Source of the DNA: Gammaproteobacteria bacterium
GTDB taxonomy: Bacteria; Pseudomonadota; Gammaproteobacteria; Burkholderiales; SG8-39
DNA: 41,472 bases
Direction: 5' to 3'
Assembly (NCBI GenBank): GCA_041476585.1
Contig: JBGOTT010000001.1
Location: 1 to 41,472 of the forward strand
This document shows positions 20,093 to 32,226 of the stretch, piece by piece. The translations under genes were made by a program, and so were the position numbers. Positions within the stretch are counted from its first letter, which is position 1. Each line of letters opens with the position of its first letter. Under the pieces are notes generated by a model. That model had not been told where the DNA came from, searched no databases, and was given only the letters and a program-made list of their open reading frames with translations.

Positions 20093-20869
20093 TCACTCCC
20101 TCCTTTGATTTGGTTTCAACGTGCACAACCCAAGGGCCGCGAGCGCCTCCGTGCACGGCTCTCCGGCGATGTTCGCCTGCGGAAGCGCACTGGCCGCCGC
20201 AGCGGCGGCGGCTGGCGCTGCCTCGTTCCTCGGAACGGGTTTCAGCGTGCACAGCCCGAGGGCCGCAAACGCCTCCGTGCACGGTCCGAGGCGAGGCGGT
20301 CCCTGCTCTGGGCCTTTGCCGGTGTCGGTCGCCCGGGGACGCGCGACAGGCGGCGCCGCAGCGGCAACCGGTTTTGCCGGCGCACGCACTGTACCCGCGG
20401 GCGGGATCAAGAATGGCGAGGTCGCAGTGGCCACATCCCGCGCAACGGCATTCGCCTGCGCCTTGTTGATCGCGCCGGCGTCGACGGAACTGCCGCGAGC
20501 CTTTGCCTCACTGCTGGCGGTCGGAGGTGCAAGCACCCCAACCGGGGTTTGTTTGCGGTAGGCGTAGTAACCAAGCATGCCGACGGCCGCAAGCACTACG
20601 ATCCCGACGATCGCTCGCGCGGGCCGGCGAGGCACCGGTTCAGAAATTACGGCGGCAGGCACTACAGCGGCGGGCACTGCAGCGGCGAGCTCGTCTGTCC
20701 TGCCCCCGGGCAACGCGCCGCGGCATTGGTAGCAGGACGTCGCCTTGATCTGGTTCACCGCCCCGCAGCGCGGGCACGGCGCCAGGGTCAATGTCGCACC
20801 GCAGGCGTTGCAGAATTTTGCGTCCGCCGGGTTGCCGTGATCGCAATACTGGCACTTGGTCAGAGACAT
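20093..20869 (-). CDS. double zinc-ribbon membrane protein with duplicated C-X9-C C-terminal motif
   Basis: N-terminus CQYCDHGNPADAKFCNACG...CPRCGAVNQIKATSCYQCRG. One TM helix (IVGIVVLAAVGMLGYYAY). Ala/Pro-rich linker. Two copies of PCTEA(F/L)AALGLCTLKP. The stop lies 1 nt before the TAXI-like start. Confidence 0.75.
   Translation of the reverse strand: MSLTKCQYCDHGNPADAKFCNACGATLTLAPCPRCGAVNQIKATSCYQCRGALPGGRTDELAAAVPAAVVPAAVISEPVPRRPARAIVGIVVLAAVGMLGYYAYRKQTPVGVLAPPTASSEAKARGSSVDAGAINKAQANAVARDVATATSPFLIPPAGTVRAPAKPVAAAAPPVARPRATDTGKGPEQGPPRLGPCTEAFAALGLCTLKPVPRNEAAPAAAAAAASALPQANIAGEPCTEALAALGLCTLKPNQRRE
20111..20286. repeat. two 50-bp direct repeats (about 88% identical) 126 bp apart, inside the zinc-ribbon gene
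   Basis: 20111-20160 ggtttcaacgtgcacaacccaagggccgcgagcgcctccgtgcacggctc versus 20237-20286 ggtttcagcgtgcacagcccgagggccgcaaacgcctccgtgcacggtcc. Confidence 0.8.
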
Positions 20870-20931
20870 GGATGAGCCTTCAGGCCGATTCTAGGTCTGA
20901 ACCACGACAGACGGCAATAAACGGCGCTGGA

Positions 20932-22494
20932 TCACTCCCACTCGATCGTCGCCGGCGGCTTCGACGAGATGTCGTAGGTCACGCGGTTGATGCCGCGCAC
21001 CTCGTTGATGATGCGGTTGGACACTCGCGCCAGCAGCTCGTGCGGCAGCGGCGCCCAGTCCGCGGTCATGAAATCCGTGGTCTGCACCGCGCGCAGCGCC
21101 ACCACGTTCTCGTAGGTACGCAGGTCTCCCATCACGCCGACCGACCTTACCGGCAGGAACACGGCGAATGCCTGCGCGGTCTTGTCATACCAGCCGGCGG
21201 CACGCAGCTCGTCGATGAAGATCGCGTCCGCCCGGCGCAACAAGTCCGCATATTCGCGTTTGACTTCGCCCAGTATGCGCACGCCCAATCCCGGACCCGG
21301 AAACGGATGCCGGAAAACCATTTCGCGCGGCAGGCCGAGCACGAGGCCCAGCTCGCGCACCTCGTCCTTGAACAACTCGCGCAGCGGCTCGAGCAGCTTG
21401 AGGTGCAGCGTCTCGGGAAGACCGCCGACGTTGTGGTGCGATTTGATATTGGTCGCCTTCTTGGTCTTCGCGCCCGCCGATTCGATCACGTCCGGGTAGA
21501 TCGTCCCCTGCGCGAGCCAGCGGGCGTCCCTTATTTTCGCCGCCTCGCGCTGGAACACCGCCACGAACTCGCCGCCGATGATCTTGCGTTTCGTCTCCGG
21601 ATCGTCGACGCCGGCGAGCTTGGCGATGAATTCGGCCGAAGCATCGACGTGGATCACCTTCACGCCGAGATGGCGCGCGAAGGTTTCCATCACCTGCTCC
21701 GCTTCGTTGAGGCGCAGCAGGCCGTGATCGACGAAGACGCAGGTCAGCTGCTTGCCGATCGCCTTGTGGATCAGCGCCGCGGCGACCGACGAGTCCACGC
21801 CGCCCGACAGCCCGAGTATCACTTCGTCCTTGCCCACCTGCGCGCGGATGCGCTCCACCGCCTCGGCAACGTAATCGGGCATGTACCAGTCGGCCTTGCA
21901 GCCGCAGATATCGAGCACGAAGCGCGCGAGCAGCGCCTTGCCCTGGCACGTGTGCGTGACCTCGGGATGGAACTGGACGGCGTAGAAGCGGCGCGCCTCA
22001 TCGGCCATGCCCGCGATCGGGCAGGCGTCGTTCGAAGCCATCAGCTTGAACCCCGGCGGCATCGCGACGACCTTGTCGCCGTGGCTCATCCACACCTTCA
22101 GCATGCCGTCGCCTTCGGGAGTGGCGAAATCCTGGATGCCGTCGAGCAGTTTCGTGTGCCCGCGCGCGCGCACCTCGGCATAACCGAACTCGCGCACCCG
22201 TCCGGCCTCGACGCGGCCCCCGAGCTGTGCGGCCATCGTCTGCATGCCGTAGCAGATCCCGAGCACCGGCACGCCCAGTTCGAACACCGCCTGCGGTGCC
22301 TTCTCTGTCGCCGCGTCATAGGCCGACAGGTGGCTGCCGGAGAGGATCACGCCTTTCGCACCGAAGCCGCGTACGAAGTCATCGGACACGTCGCAGGGAT
22401 GGATCTCGCAGTAGACCTTCGCCTCGCGCACGCGGCGCGCGATCAACTGCGTGTACTGCGCGCCGAAATCGAGGATCAGGATCTTGTCGTGCAT
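20932..22494 (-). CDS. guaA: GMP synthase (glutamine-hydrolysing)
   Basis: [24 protein letters not shown], the GATase domain, the [10 protein letters not shown]-loop and C-terminal ATIEWE. Confidence 0.97.
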   Translation of the reverse strand: MHDKILILDFGAQYTQLIARRVREAKVYCEIHPCDVSDDFVRGFGAKGVILSGSHLSAYDAATEKAPQAVFELGVPVLGICYGMQTMAAQLGGRVEAGRVREFGYAEVRARGHTKLLDGIQDFATPEGDGMLKVWMSHGDKVVAMPPGFKLMASNDACPIAGMADEARRFYAVQFHPEVTHTCQGKALLARFVLDICGCKADWYMPDYVAEAVERIRAQVGKDEVILGLSGGVDSSVAAALIHKAIGKQLTCVFVDHGLLRLNEAEQVMETFARHLGVKVIHVDASAEFIAKLAGVDDPETKRKIIGGEFVAVFQREAAKIRDARWLAQGTIYPDVIESAGAKTKKATNIKSHHNVGGLPETLHLKLLEPLRELFKDEVRELGLVLGLPREMVFRHPFPGPGLGVRILGEVKREYADLLRRADAIFIDELRAAGWYDKTAQAFAVFLPVRSVGVMGDLRTYENVVALRAVQTTDFMTADWAPLPHELLARVSNRIINEVRGINRVTYDISSKPPATIEWE

Positions 22495-22500
22495 CCCGCC

Positions 22501-24637
<2,137 letters not shown>

Positions 24638-24645
24638 GCGCGTAG

Positions 24646-24915
24646 CTAGCGCCGGCGCGCCCGCGCGCTTCGCGCGAGCTTCGGATCGACCGCCATCGGC
24701 CGGTATATCTCCACCCTGTCGCCGTCCGCAAGCGAAGTATCCGGTGCGACGATCTTCCCGAATACTCCGATCTTTCCGTGCTCAAGGTCGATTTCGGGAT
24801 GACGCTCGAGCAGCCCGCTTGCCAGGATCGCCGCGAACGCGGATGCACCGGAGGGCAGATCCAGCGTGACAAGGTCTTGCTGCACAGGGGTTGCGTACAC
24901 GACTTCGACGCGCAT
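24646..24915 (-). CDS. rnfH: RnfH family ubiquitin-fold protein
   Basis: MRVEVVYATPVQQDLVTLDLP...DGDRVEIYRP. It sits in the conserved position downstream of ratA and opposite smpB. Confidence 0.85.
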   Translation of the reverse strand: MRVEVVYATPVQQDLVTLDLPSGASAFAAILASGLLERHPEIDLEHGKIGVFGKIVAPDTSLADGDRVEIYRPMAVDPKLARSARARRR

Positions 24916-24920
24916 TTTGG

Positions 24921-25361
24921 TTACGCTTGGGTCCCGTACACTGCGCGCGCGCGCCGGGTGAACGCGTCCACCATCGTATCGGCGATGTGTCTGAACAGCG
25001 GCTCGAGCAGGCGCGCGAGCGCCTGACTGCGGAATTCGTAGCACATCTCGAACTCGATTTTCGCCGCCGCCGCGTCAAGCGGCGCAAAGCGCCACACGGC
25101 GGAGAAGTTCCGGAATGGACCCTGCACCAGCCGCATCTCGATCGACTCGCCGGGGCGATTGAGGTTTTCAGTGGTGAGAGACTGCGCCACGCCCTTCAAT
25201 CCGATCTGCAGTGTTGCGCGAGTACCACCGGCGGTCCGCTCCAGAACCCTGGCCGAAACGCACCACGGCAGGAATTCCGGGTAGGCCTCGATGTGCTCGA
25301 CCAGCGCGTAGAGTTCCCCGGCCGTGGACTCGACGATCGCCGTGCGCGCGATCCGTTTCAT
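24921..25361 (-). CDS. ratA: SRPBCC family protein (RatA/CoQ-binding COQ10-like)
   Basis: 146 aa, [34 protein letters not shown]. Divergent from smpB, as in many proteobacteria. Confidence 0.85.
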   Translation of the reverse strand: MKRIARTAIVESTAGELYALVEHIEAYPEFLPWCVSARVLERTAGGTRATLQIGLKGVAQSLTTENLNRPGESIEMRLVQGPFRNFSAVWRFAPLDAAAAKIEFEMCYEFRSQALARLLEPLFRHIADTMVDAFTRRARAVYGTQA

Positions 25362-25404
25362 ACCCGCTTCATGCGCGTTGCCCCGCTGCTACAATCCCGC
25401 CCCC

Positions 25405-25848
25405 ATGTCGATCGTCCAGAATCGCAAGGCGCCGCACGATTATTTCATCGAGGAGCATTGCGAAGCCGGGATTGCGCTGGAAGGATGGGAAGTGAAGGCG
25501 GTGCGCGCGGGGCGCGCGCAGATCGCGGAGGCCTATGTGCTGGTCAAGGACGGTGCATTGTGGCTGATCGGCGCGCACATCAGCCCGCTCGCCACGGCAT
25601 CGACCCACATCCAGCCGGATCCCGCGCGCACGCGCAAGCTGCTGCTGCATGCCGAAGAGATTCGCCGGTTGATCGGCAAGGTCGAACGCGCAGGCTATAC
25701 GCTGGTTCCGCTGGACCTGCATTACCGCAAGGGGCGCATCAAGGCCGAGATCGCGCTTGCCAAAGGCAAACTCCAGCACGACAAGCGCGCCACGGAACGC
25801 GAACGCGAGTGGAACCGCGAAAAGCAGCGGGTCCTACGCAGCCGCTGA
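25405..25848 (+). CDS. smpB: SsrA-binding protein
   Basis: [36 protein letters not shown]...[12 protein letters not shown] at 25405 within ORF 25324..25848. Confidence 0.95.
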   Translation: MSIVQNRKAPHDYFIEEHCEAGIALEGWEVKAVRAGRAQIAEAYVLVKDGALWLIGAHISPLATASTHIQPDPARTRKLLLHAEEIRRLIGKVERAGYTLVPLDLHYRKGRIKAEIALAKGKLQHDKRATEREREWNREKQRVLRSR

Positions 25849-26004
25849 AGCCTTGAGCGGCCGCGCCGCGCTGCCGGCAAGCGAGAGCCACGTGGAGACC
25901 ACGGTATCGGGGTTGAGCGAAAGGCTGTCGATGCCTTGGTCCATCAGCCAGACGACGTAGCCACTCATGTCCGGGATCCCGGTTGCCGCGCGAAAATAAA
26001 CGTC
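25834..26004 (-). pseudogene. ppsA: 3'-terminal relic of phosphoenolpyruvate synthase (last 45-55 codons only)
   Basis: The minus strand translates to ...[51 protein letters not shown], ending at TAG 25834-25836. WLM..GIDSLSLNPDTVV.TWLSLA matches the extreme C-terminus of PpsA as I recall it. An in-frame TAA lies at 26005-26007 and there is no room for the other roughly 750 codons before ppsR. Confidence 0.65.
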
Positions 26005-26054
26005 TTATTGTAGCGTTTCATCCTTTGTTGCACAGCACAAATCCGGGCGTATCC

Positions 26055-26879
26055 ATGTCTCAGCGACGCACCGTCTTCTTCGTTTCGGATGGCACCGGTA
26101 TTACCGCTCAGATGCTCGGGCACAGCCTGCTCACCCAGTTCGAAGGCGTCGAATTCAACCAGGTCACCGTGCCTTTCGTCGACAGCGTGAAGAAAGCCCA
26201 CGAGTGCCGCGCGCGCATCGCGGTCGAGGCCGCGCGCGGCAACGGCCGGCCGATCGTGTTCTCGACGCTCGTCAACAGCGACCTGCGAGCGGAGATTCGC
26301 GCGGCCGACGGTCTGGTGCTGGATTTTTTCGAGACCTTCATCGATCCCCTGGAAGCCGGCCTCGGCCTGAGATCCAATCACACCATCGGCCGCTCGCACA
26401 GCGCGAAGGACAAACCGGAATATCAGCGCCGCATCGAGGCGATCAATTTTTCCCTCAAGCACGACGACGGTGCCTCGCACCGGGACCTCGACCAGGCCGA
26501 CGTGATCCTGGTCGGCGTTTCGCGCACCGGCAAGACCCCGACCAGCCTGTACCTGGCGCTGCAGTTCGGCGTCAAAGCAGCGAACTATCCGCTGATACCG
26601 GAGGATTTCGAGCGCGACGCCCTCCCCGACGTCCTCCGAGCGCACCGCACTCTGCTCTACGGGCTGACGATCGCGCCGGAGCGTCTGCGGGAGATCCGCC
26701 AGCAGCGCCGGCCCGACAGCGCCTATGCGAAGCTCGAAAACTGCCGGTACGAGATCGAGCGCGCCGAGTCGCTGATGCGGCGCGAAGGCATACGGTGGAT
26801 CAATTCCACCGCCAGGTCGATCGAAGAGATCGCAATCACGATCCTGCGCGACATCAAGATCGAACGGCAGGTGTATTGA
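26055..26879 (+). CDS. ppsR: PEP synthase regulatory protein (kinase/pyrophosphorylase, DUF299)
   Basis: MSQRRTVFFVSDGTGITAQMLGHSLLTQF and the P-loop GVSRTGKTPTSLYLA. ATG at 26055. Confidence 0.9.
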   Translation: MSQRRTVFFVSDGTGITAQMLGHSLLTQFEGVEFNQVTVPFVDSVKKAHECRARIAVEAARGNGRPIVFSTLVNSDLRAEIRAADGLVLDFFETFIDPLEAGLGLRSNHTIGRSHSAKDKPEYQRRIEAINFSLKHDDGASHRDLDQADVILVGVSRTGKTPTSLYLALQFGVKAANYPLIPEDFERDALPDVLRAHRTLLYGLTIAPERLREIRQQRRPDSAYAKLENCRYEIERAESLMRREGIRWINSTARSIEEIAITILRDIKIERQVY

Positions 26880-27648
26880 GCTGGCGCGACCTCTCGTAGA
26901 AACAGATCGCCGCCGCCGCGGCGACGTTGAGCGATTCGGTGCCGCCTCGCATCGGGATGCAAGCGCGGACGTCGGCCCGCGCACGCAGCGGCGCGCTAAC
27001 ACCGGCGCCCTCCGAACCGAATATCCACGCGACCGGTCCGGCCAAGTCGAGCCGCGACAGGGTCCTGCCGCTTCGCGGCACCGTGCACACCTTCAAGCCG
27101 TTGAATCCCGACATCGCCTGCGCGAGATCCTTCGCCTCGGCGATGCGCAGGAAAAAATGCCCGCCCATCGCAGCGCGCAGCACCTTGGGTGACCATGGAT
27201 CGGCGCTGCCCGGGCCGACGACCACGCTGTCGACGCCGAATGCCGCGGCGCTGCGCAGGATCGCGCCCAGATTGCCGGCATCCTGCACGGATTCGATCAG
27301 CACGCAGTGCGACGAGCGCGAAAGGTCCGCGTTCCCATCCGGAAGATCGATTTCGGCCGCGACGCCCACGGGAGTTTCGGTATCCGCGAACGCGGCAAAT
27401 ACCGCATTCGAAACGACGATCGGCCGACGCGCGATGCGTCCGGCGAGCGCGGAAATCTCCGCGTTTGCAAGCGCCTGCTGGCTCACGATCAGCTCGCGCG
27501 GAGCACCGACCCGATCGAGGTAGATCGTGATCTGGTGCACGCCTTCGAGCAGCGCGCGTCGCTCGCGACGGCGCTCGCGCGCGTCGCTCTGAAGGTTCTT
27601 CCACGCGCGAACCTTCGGGTTGGCGCGCGAACTGAGGACCTCGGCCAT
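26854..27648 (-). CDS. TrmH/SpoU family RNA 2'-O-methyltransferase
   Basis: MAEVLSSRANPKVRAWKNL..., VQDAGNLGAILRSAAAFG, IFGSEGAGVS and TESLNVAAAAAI. These are the last 264 codons of ORF 26854..28233. The 3' end overlaps the ppsR 3' end by 26 nt. Confidence 0.85.
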   Translation of the reverse strand: MAEVLSSRANPKVRAWKNLQSDARERRRERRALLEGVHQITIYLDRVGAPRELIVSQQALANAEISALAGRIARRPIVVSNAVFAAFADTETPVGVAAEIDLPDGNADLSRSSHCVLIESVQDAGNLGAILRSAAAFGVDSVVVGPGSADPWSPKVLRAAMGGHFFLRIAEAKDLAQAMSGFNGLKVCTVPRSGRTLSRLDLAGPVAWIFGSEGAGVSAPLRARADVRACIPMRGGTESLNVAAAAAICFYERSRQLNTPAVRS

Positions 27649-27665
27649 GGACAATCGCGCTGGCT

Positions 27666-28265
27666 CTAGCGTTGACGACGCGCGGCGTCCGCGGCCCGCA
27701 CCGGCGCGAACGACCGGCGGTGGATCTCGCAGGCCCCATGATGCGCAAGCAACGCAAGGTGCTCGCGGGTCGGATAGCCCTTGTGGCGCGCGAGACCATA
27801 CTGCGGATAGAGCGCATCGAGCCTGACCATTTCGGCATCGCGTGCCGTCTTGGCCAGGATCGAAGCCGCGGAAATCGGCGCATGCAGGCGGTCGCCGCCG
27901 ACGATCGCGCGCGCCGGACGCGCGAATACCGGAGCACGGTTGCCGTCGACCCAGACTTCGTCCGGGTCCGTCATTAGGGTGGCAACCGCCCGCTGCATCG
28001 CGAGCAGCGTGGCCTGCAGGATGTTCAGGTGGTCGATCTCCTCCACGCTTGCCCATGCGACCGCGCAGGCCACGCAACGCTCCCGGACCTCTGAGGCCAG
28101 GGTCTCGCGGCGCCGCGCGCTCAATTGCTTGGAATCGCGCAGACCTGCGACCGGACGTGCGGGATCGAGGATCACCGCTGCCGCATAGACCGGGCCCGCG
28201 ATCGGCCCGCGGCCGGCCTCGTCGACGCCGCAAACCAGCCGCGCTTCAGGCGGCACGCCGGCCAT
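27666..28265 (-). CDS. rnhB: ribonuclease HII
   Basis: [21 protein letters not shown] is the RNase HII active-site motif. The start overlaps the lpxB 3' end by 20 nt. Confidence 0.95.
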   Translation of the reverse strand: MAGVPPEARLVCGVDEAGRGPIAGPVYAAAVILDPARPVAGLRDSKQLSARRRETLASEVRERCVACAVAWASVEEIDHLNILQATLLAMQRAVATLMTDPDEVWVDGNRAPVFARPARAIVGGDRLHAPISAASILAKTARDAEMVRLDALYPQYGLARHKGYPTREHLALLAHHGACEIHRRSFAPVRAADAARRQR

Positions 28266-29418
28266 CGGCGCCCCCGAGCAGCGCTAGCACCGCGTCCGCG
28301 GCCTTTGCTGCAGTGCCCTGCCGGAGGGTCGCGTGAATCTCGCGAAAGCGTTCGATCTGGCGGCGCTGCCGTTCATGGTCGTTGAGCAGGGCGAGCAGCG
28401 CGCGGCTCAGCGATTCCGGCGTGGCGTCGTCCTGCAGGAACTCGTCGACCAGCCGCTCCCCGGCAAGGATGTTCGGCAGGCCGATGTACGGCAGGTAGAG
28501 CATGCGCCGCATCAGCTGCCAGGTGAGCGTGGCCTGGCGGTAGGCAATCACCATCGGCGTCTTGAACAGCGCGGTCTCGAGCGTTGCGGTGCCGCTGGCG
28601 ACCAGCGCGACGTCCGCGGCCGCCAGCGCGTCGTGCGAGTGCCCGAACAGCAGCTTGAGGGGCAGTTCCCGCGCGCCATTGCGCTCTAGCGCCGCCTCGA
28701 ACAGATCGCGCGTGGCGCGCGATGCGCTCGGGCATACGAACTCGATGTCGGGGAGTTCCGCATGCAGCCGCTGCGCGGACTGGACGAACAGGTCCGCCAT
28801 GTAGCGCAGCTCCGAGTTGCGGCTGCCGGGCAGCAGCGCCACGATCGTCCTGGTGGCGCCGAGCTTCAGCTGCTCGCGCGCCTGCGCCTTGTCGACCTGC
28901 ATCGGGATGTCGTCTGCGAGAGGATGTCCGACATAGGTCGCGGGAATTCCGGCCTTGCGGTAGATCGGCAGCTCGAACGGAAACAAGACCAGTATGTGCG
29001 ACACGGCCCGCGCAATGCGCCGGATGCGCCATCCGCGCCAAGCCCAGACCGACGGACTGACGTAATGCAGTGTCGGCAGGCCGGCATTGCGCAGGCGGCG
29101 CTCGAGTTCGAGATTGAAATCCGAGGCATCGACGCCGATGAACAGCTGCGGCCTGCGTTCGAGAAACCTCTCGAGCAGCCGGCGGCGGATCGCCATGATC
29201 CCGCGGTAGTGCCTGAGCACCTCAACGTAGCCACGCACCGACAGCGTTTCCATCGGGTACAGGCTTTCGAAGCCTGCTGCCTGCATGCGCGCGCCGCCGA
29301 TGCCCTCGGCCACCATGCCGGGCATGCGCACGCGCAGCGCCTCGAGCAGGTGTCCGCCGAGGAGGTCCCCCGAAGCCTCGCCCGCGACCATCGCGATCCG
29401 CGGCGCGGCGCGGCTCAT
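28246..29418 (-). CDS. lpxB: lipid-A-disaccharide synthase
   Basis: [28 protein letters not shown]. The ATG at 29418 overlaps the lpxA TGA (ATGA). 390 aa. Confidence 0.95.
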   Translation of the reverse strand: MSRAAPRIAMVAGEASGDLLGGHLLEALRVRMPGMVAEGIGGARMQAAGFESLYPMETLSVRGYVEVLRHYRGIMAIRRRLLERFLERRPQLFIGVDASDFNLELERRLRNAGLPTLHYVSPSVWAWRGWRIRRIARAVSHILVLFPFELPIYRKAGIPATYVGHPLADDIPMQVDKAQAREQLKLGATRTIVALLPGSRNSELRYMADLFVQSAQRLHAELPDIEFVCPSASRATRDLFEAALERNGARELPLKLLFGHSHDALAAADVALVASGTATLETALFKTPMVIAYRQATLTWQLMRRMLYLPYIGLPNILAGERLVDEFLQDDATPESLSRALLALLNDHERQRRQIERFREIHATLRQGTAAKAADAVLALLGGADGRRAA

Positions 29419-30194
29419 CGAATGATCCCGCGCACCGAATGCTCGAGAAAATCGGCCAGCAAACCGACCTCGGCGCACTCCTCCGACTGGATCCTGAGCT
29501 CGTGGCGAATCTCCTCCAGCCCGAGCCCGGAGCGGTAAATCGTGCGATACGCCCGCTTGAGCGCGTGGATCGCCTCGGGCGTGTAACCCCGCCTCCTCAG
29601 CCCTTCGCCGTTGATGCCGTAGGGCTTGGCCATGTTGCCGGCAGCCTTCACGTAGGGCGGCAGATCGCGATCGAGGTAGGTACCCATGCCTGTGAAACAG
29701 TGCGCGCCGAGCTTGACGAACTGGTGCACCAGGGTGGTTGCGCCGAGGATCGCCCAGTCGCCCACGTGCACGTGCCCGGCCAGCTCGCAGGCGTTGGCGA
29801 AGATGGTGTGGTCGCCGATCTGGCAGTCGTGCGCGAAGTGCACGTAGGCCATGACCCAGTTGTCGCTGCCGACGCGAGTCACCCCGGCATCCTGGGCGGT
29901 GCCGCAATTGATCGTCACATATTCGCGCAGCGTGTTTGCGTCGGCGATCTCGATCCGGGTCGGCTCACCCGAATACTTCTTGTCCTGCGGCGGGCCGCCG
30001 ATGGAAGCGAACTGGTAGATGCGGTTGGCGCGCCCGATCGTGGTGCGGCCGTCGATCACCACGTGCGGGCCGATCCAGGTTCCCTCGCCCACCGCGACAT
30101 GCTCCCCGATGATGGAGTACGCACCGACCGTGACGCCGGCGCCGAGCCGGGCGCCCGGCATGACGATCGCCGTCGGATGAATATCCGGCTTCAT
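29415..30194 (-). CDS. lpxA: acyl-ACP--UDP-N-acetylglucosamine O-acyltransferase
   Basis: [11 protein letters not shown] plus hexapeptide repeats. ATGA overlap with the fabZ stop. Confidence 0.95.
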   Translation of the reverse strand: MKPDIHPTAIVMPGARLGAGVTVGAYSIIGEHVAVGEGTWIGPHVVIDGRTTIGRANRIYQFASIGGPPQDKKYSGEPTRIEIADANTLREYVTINCGTAQDAGVTRVGSDNWVMAYVHFAHDCQIGDHTIFANACELAGHVHVGDWAILGATTLVHQFVKLGAHCFTGMGTYLDRDLPPYVKAAGNMAKPYGINGEGLRRRGYTPEAIHALKRAYRTIYRSGLGLEEIRHELRIQSEECAEVGLLADFLEHSVRGIIR

Positions 30195-30643
30195 GCCTGA
30201 TCGATGCGGCGCATCGAACAGAGGATCCTTGCTTCCGCGACGATTGCGCCATCGACCCGTGCCGCGCAGCCGAATTTCCAGATACCGCGCAGGCTGCGCT
30301 CGAGCGTCACCTCGATCTCGAGCAGATCGCCCGGAACCACGGGCTTCTTGAAACGCGCGTCGTCGATCCCCGCGTAGTAGTACACGGAATCACCGTCGGG
30401 TTTCTTCCCCTCGGTGCGGAATACCAGGATGCCCGCGGCCTGTGCCATCGCCTCCAGGATCAGCACGCCCGGCATGATCGGACGGTTCGGGAAATGGCCC
30501 TGAAAATAGGGCTCGTTGATCGACACGCACTTGAGCGCAACGATGCGCTTGCCCGGCTCGCATTCGCGCACGCGGTCGATCATCAGGAACGGGTAGCGGT
30601 GCGGCAGGTGCTCGAGCACTGCGCGGATGTCCATATCAGCCAT
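30191..30643 (-). CDS. fabZ: 3-hydroxyacyl-ACP dehydratase
   Basis: [13 protein letters not shown] and [20 protein letters not shown]. The start is ATG 30643 (overlaps the lpxD stop) or ATG 30634. Confidence 0.95.
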   Translation of the reverse strand: MADMDIRAVLEHLPHRYPFLMIDRVRECEPGKRIVALKCVSINEPYFQGHFPNRPIMPGVLILEAMAQAAGILVFRTEGKKPDGDSVYYYAGIDDARFKKPVVPGDLLEIEVTLERSLRGIWKFGCAARVDGAIVAEARILCSMRRIDQA

Positions 30644-31673
30644 TCGACTTCTCCATTGCCGACAGGCGGCGTTCAAGCTGGCGCAGGCGTTCGGCCAGTT
30701 CATCGAGGTGGCGCAGCAGCACGGCGTTTTTCGACCATGCGGCGTGCTCGTCAATCGGAAACAGGCCGGTATAGGTGCCCGGCTGCCGCAGCGACCGGGT
30801 CACCACGGTCGCTGCGGAGACCACGACATGGTCCGCGATCGAGAGGTGGCCCAGGATCAGAGCCCCGGCGCCGATCGTGCAATGGCTACCGATCCTCGCG
30901 CTGCCGGCGACGCCAACACAGCCGGCCATGGCCGTGTGCGCGCCGACCTGGACGTTGTGGCCGATCTGGATCTGGTTATCGAGCTTCACGCCGTCGCCGA
31001 TCAGCGTGTCGTCGATCGCGCCGCGATCGATGGTCGTGTTGGCCCCGATCTCGACATCCTCCCCGATCACCACCTTGCCGATCTGCGGAATCTTCAGCCA
31101 GCGGCCGGCCTGCGGCGCGATGCCGAATCCGTCCGCGCCGATCACCACCCCCGAGTGCAGGATCGCGCGCGCGCCGATGCGGCAATTGGGATACACCACC
31201 ACGCTGGGATAGAGCCGCGAATCGTCGCCGATCGAAGCCCGCTCGCCCACGCAACAGGCCGCGCCGACCATGCAGCGTTCCCCGACCACCGCGCCTGCGC
31301 CGATCACGGCGCCCGGACCCACCTGGGCGGACGCCGCAACGCGCGCGCCCGCGGCGACGTGCGCGCCCGGATGGATGCCCGGCGCCGGCGGCCCCTGCGG
31401 GTTGAGGAACTGCGACAGCCGTGCGAAATAGGCATAGGGGTCGTCGCAGACGATGCGCGGCGACGCCGTCAAGTGCTCGGCGTCGGGCGCCACGACGATT
31501 GCACCGGCTCGCGTCGTGGCAAGCCTGGACTTGTAGCGCGGATTGGACAGAAACGCGATCTCGAGCGGACCCGCGTGCTCGAGGGTGCCCACCTGGATGA
31601 TTTCGACTTGCGGATCGCCGGCGATCCGTCCGCCAAGGCGGGCAACGATCGCGGCGAGGGTATGGCGCTGCAC
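30636..31673 (-). CDS. lpxD: UDP-3-O-(3-hydroxyacyl)glucosamine N-acyltransferase
   Basis: GTG start, [16 protein letters not shown], then a long left-handed beta-helix of hexapeptide repeats. Confidence 0.95.
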   Translation of the reverse strand: MQRHTLAAIVARLGGRIAGDPQVEIIQVGTLEHAGPLEIAFLSNPRYKSRLATTRAGAIVVAPDAEHLTASPRIVCDDPYAYFARLSQFLNPQGPPAPGIHPGAHVAAGARVAASAQVGPGAVIGAGAVVGERCMVGAACCVGERASIGDDSRLYPSVVVYPNCRIGARAILHSGVVIGADGFGIAPQAGRWLKIPQIGKVVIGEDVEIGANTTIDRGAIDDTLIGDGVKLDNQIQIGHNVQVGAHTAMAGCVGVAGSARIGSHCTIGAGALILGHLSIADHVVVSAATVVTRSLRQPGTYTGLFPIDEHAAWSKNAVLLRHLDELAERLRQLERRLSAMEKSNG

Positions 31674-31684
31674 GCGCTTCCCTT

Positions 31685-32206
31685 TTAGCGCGCCGGAGGC
31701 TTGCCCCCCTCCAGCGCCTTGATCACCTTGTCGGTGATGTCGATGCGCGGGCTCGCATAGACCGCGTCCTGGAAGATGATGTCGTATTTTTCCGCCTCGG
31801 CGACCTGGCGGATCACCCGGTTCGCCTGTTCGACGACCTGGGCGAGTTCTTCATTGCGGCGCTGGTTGAGGTCTTCCTGGAATTCGCGCCGCTTGCGCTG
31901 GAACTGCACGTCCAGCTCGCTGATCTCGCGCTGCTTGGTGCGGCGCTGGGCCTCGCTCATGGTCAGGCCGTTCTTCTCCATCTCCTCCTGGAGCCGCTTG
32001 ATCTGATCGGCGGTGCGGGTCAGTTCCTGGTCGCGCTTGGCGAACTCGGCCTCGATCTTCTTCTGGGCGCGCACCGCCGGAGCCGCGTCGCGCAGGATGC
32101 GCTCGGTATTGACGAACCCGAATTTGCTTTCGGACTGCGCCGCGCAAAGGGGACTGACGGCGACGAGCGTGGCGCCGAGGATGAGTGGCAGAATGTCGCG
32201 AACCAT
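31685..32206 (-). CDS. skp: OmpH/Skp family periplasmic chaperone
   Basis: Signal peptide, then KFGFVNTERILRDAAPAVRAQKKIEAEFAKRDQEL. Located between bamA and lpxD. Confidence 0.85.
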   Translation of the reverse strand: MVRDILPLILGATLVAVSPLCAAQSESKFGFVNTERILRDAAPAVRAQKKIEAEFAKRDQELTRTADQIKRLQEEMEKNGLTMSEAQRRTKQREISELDVQFQRKRREFQEDLNQRRNEELAQVVEQANRVIRQVAEAEKYDIIFQDAVYASPRIDITDKVIKALEGGKPPAR

Positions 32207-32226
32207 GAGTTTTGGTCGGAAAGCGC

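Noticed and set aside
24646-25361. ratA-rnfH as a toxin-antitoxin or accessory system
   Set aside because: This is the ubiquitous smpB-linked SRPBCC (CoQ-binding type) plus RnfH pair in its standard chromosomal context. Nothing in the sequence suggests a mobile or defence role.
25849-26054. tmRNA (ssrA) or another ncRNA downstream of smpB
   Set aside because: There is no tRNA-like acceptor/T-arm sequence (no GGTTCGA-type motif) and no tag reading frame. The region is explained by the ppsA 3' relic plus the ppsR upstream region.
27649-28233. N-terminal half of the 459-aa ORF 26854..28233
   Set aside because: It overlaps rnhB in another frame and is Arg/Gly/Pro-rich. The methyltransferase homology starts at the ATG at 27648.
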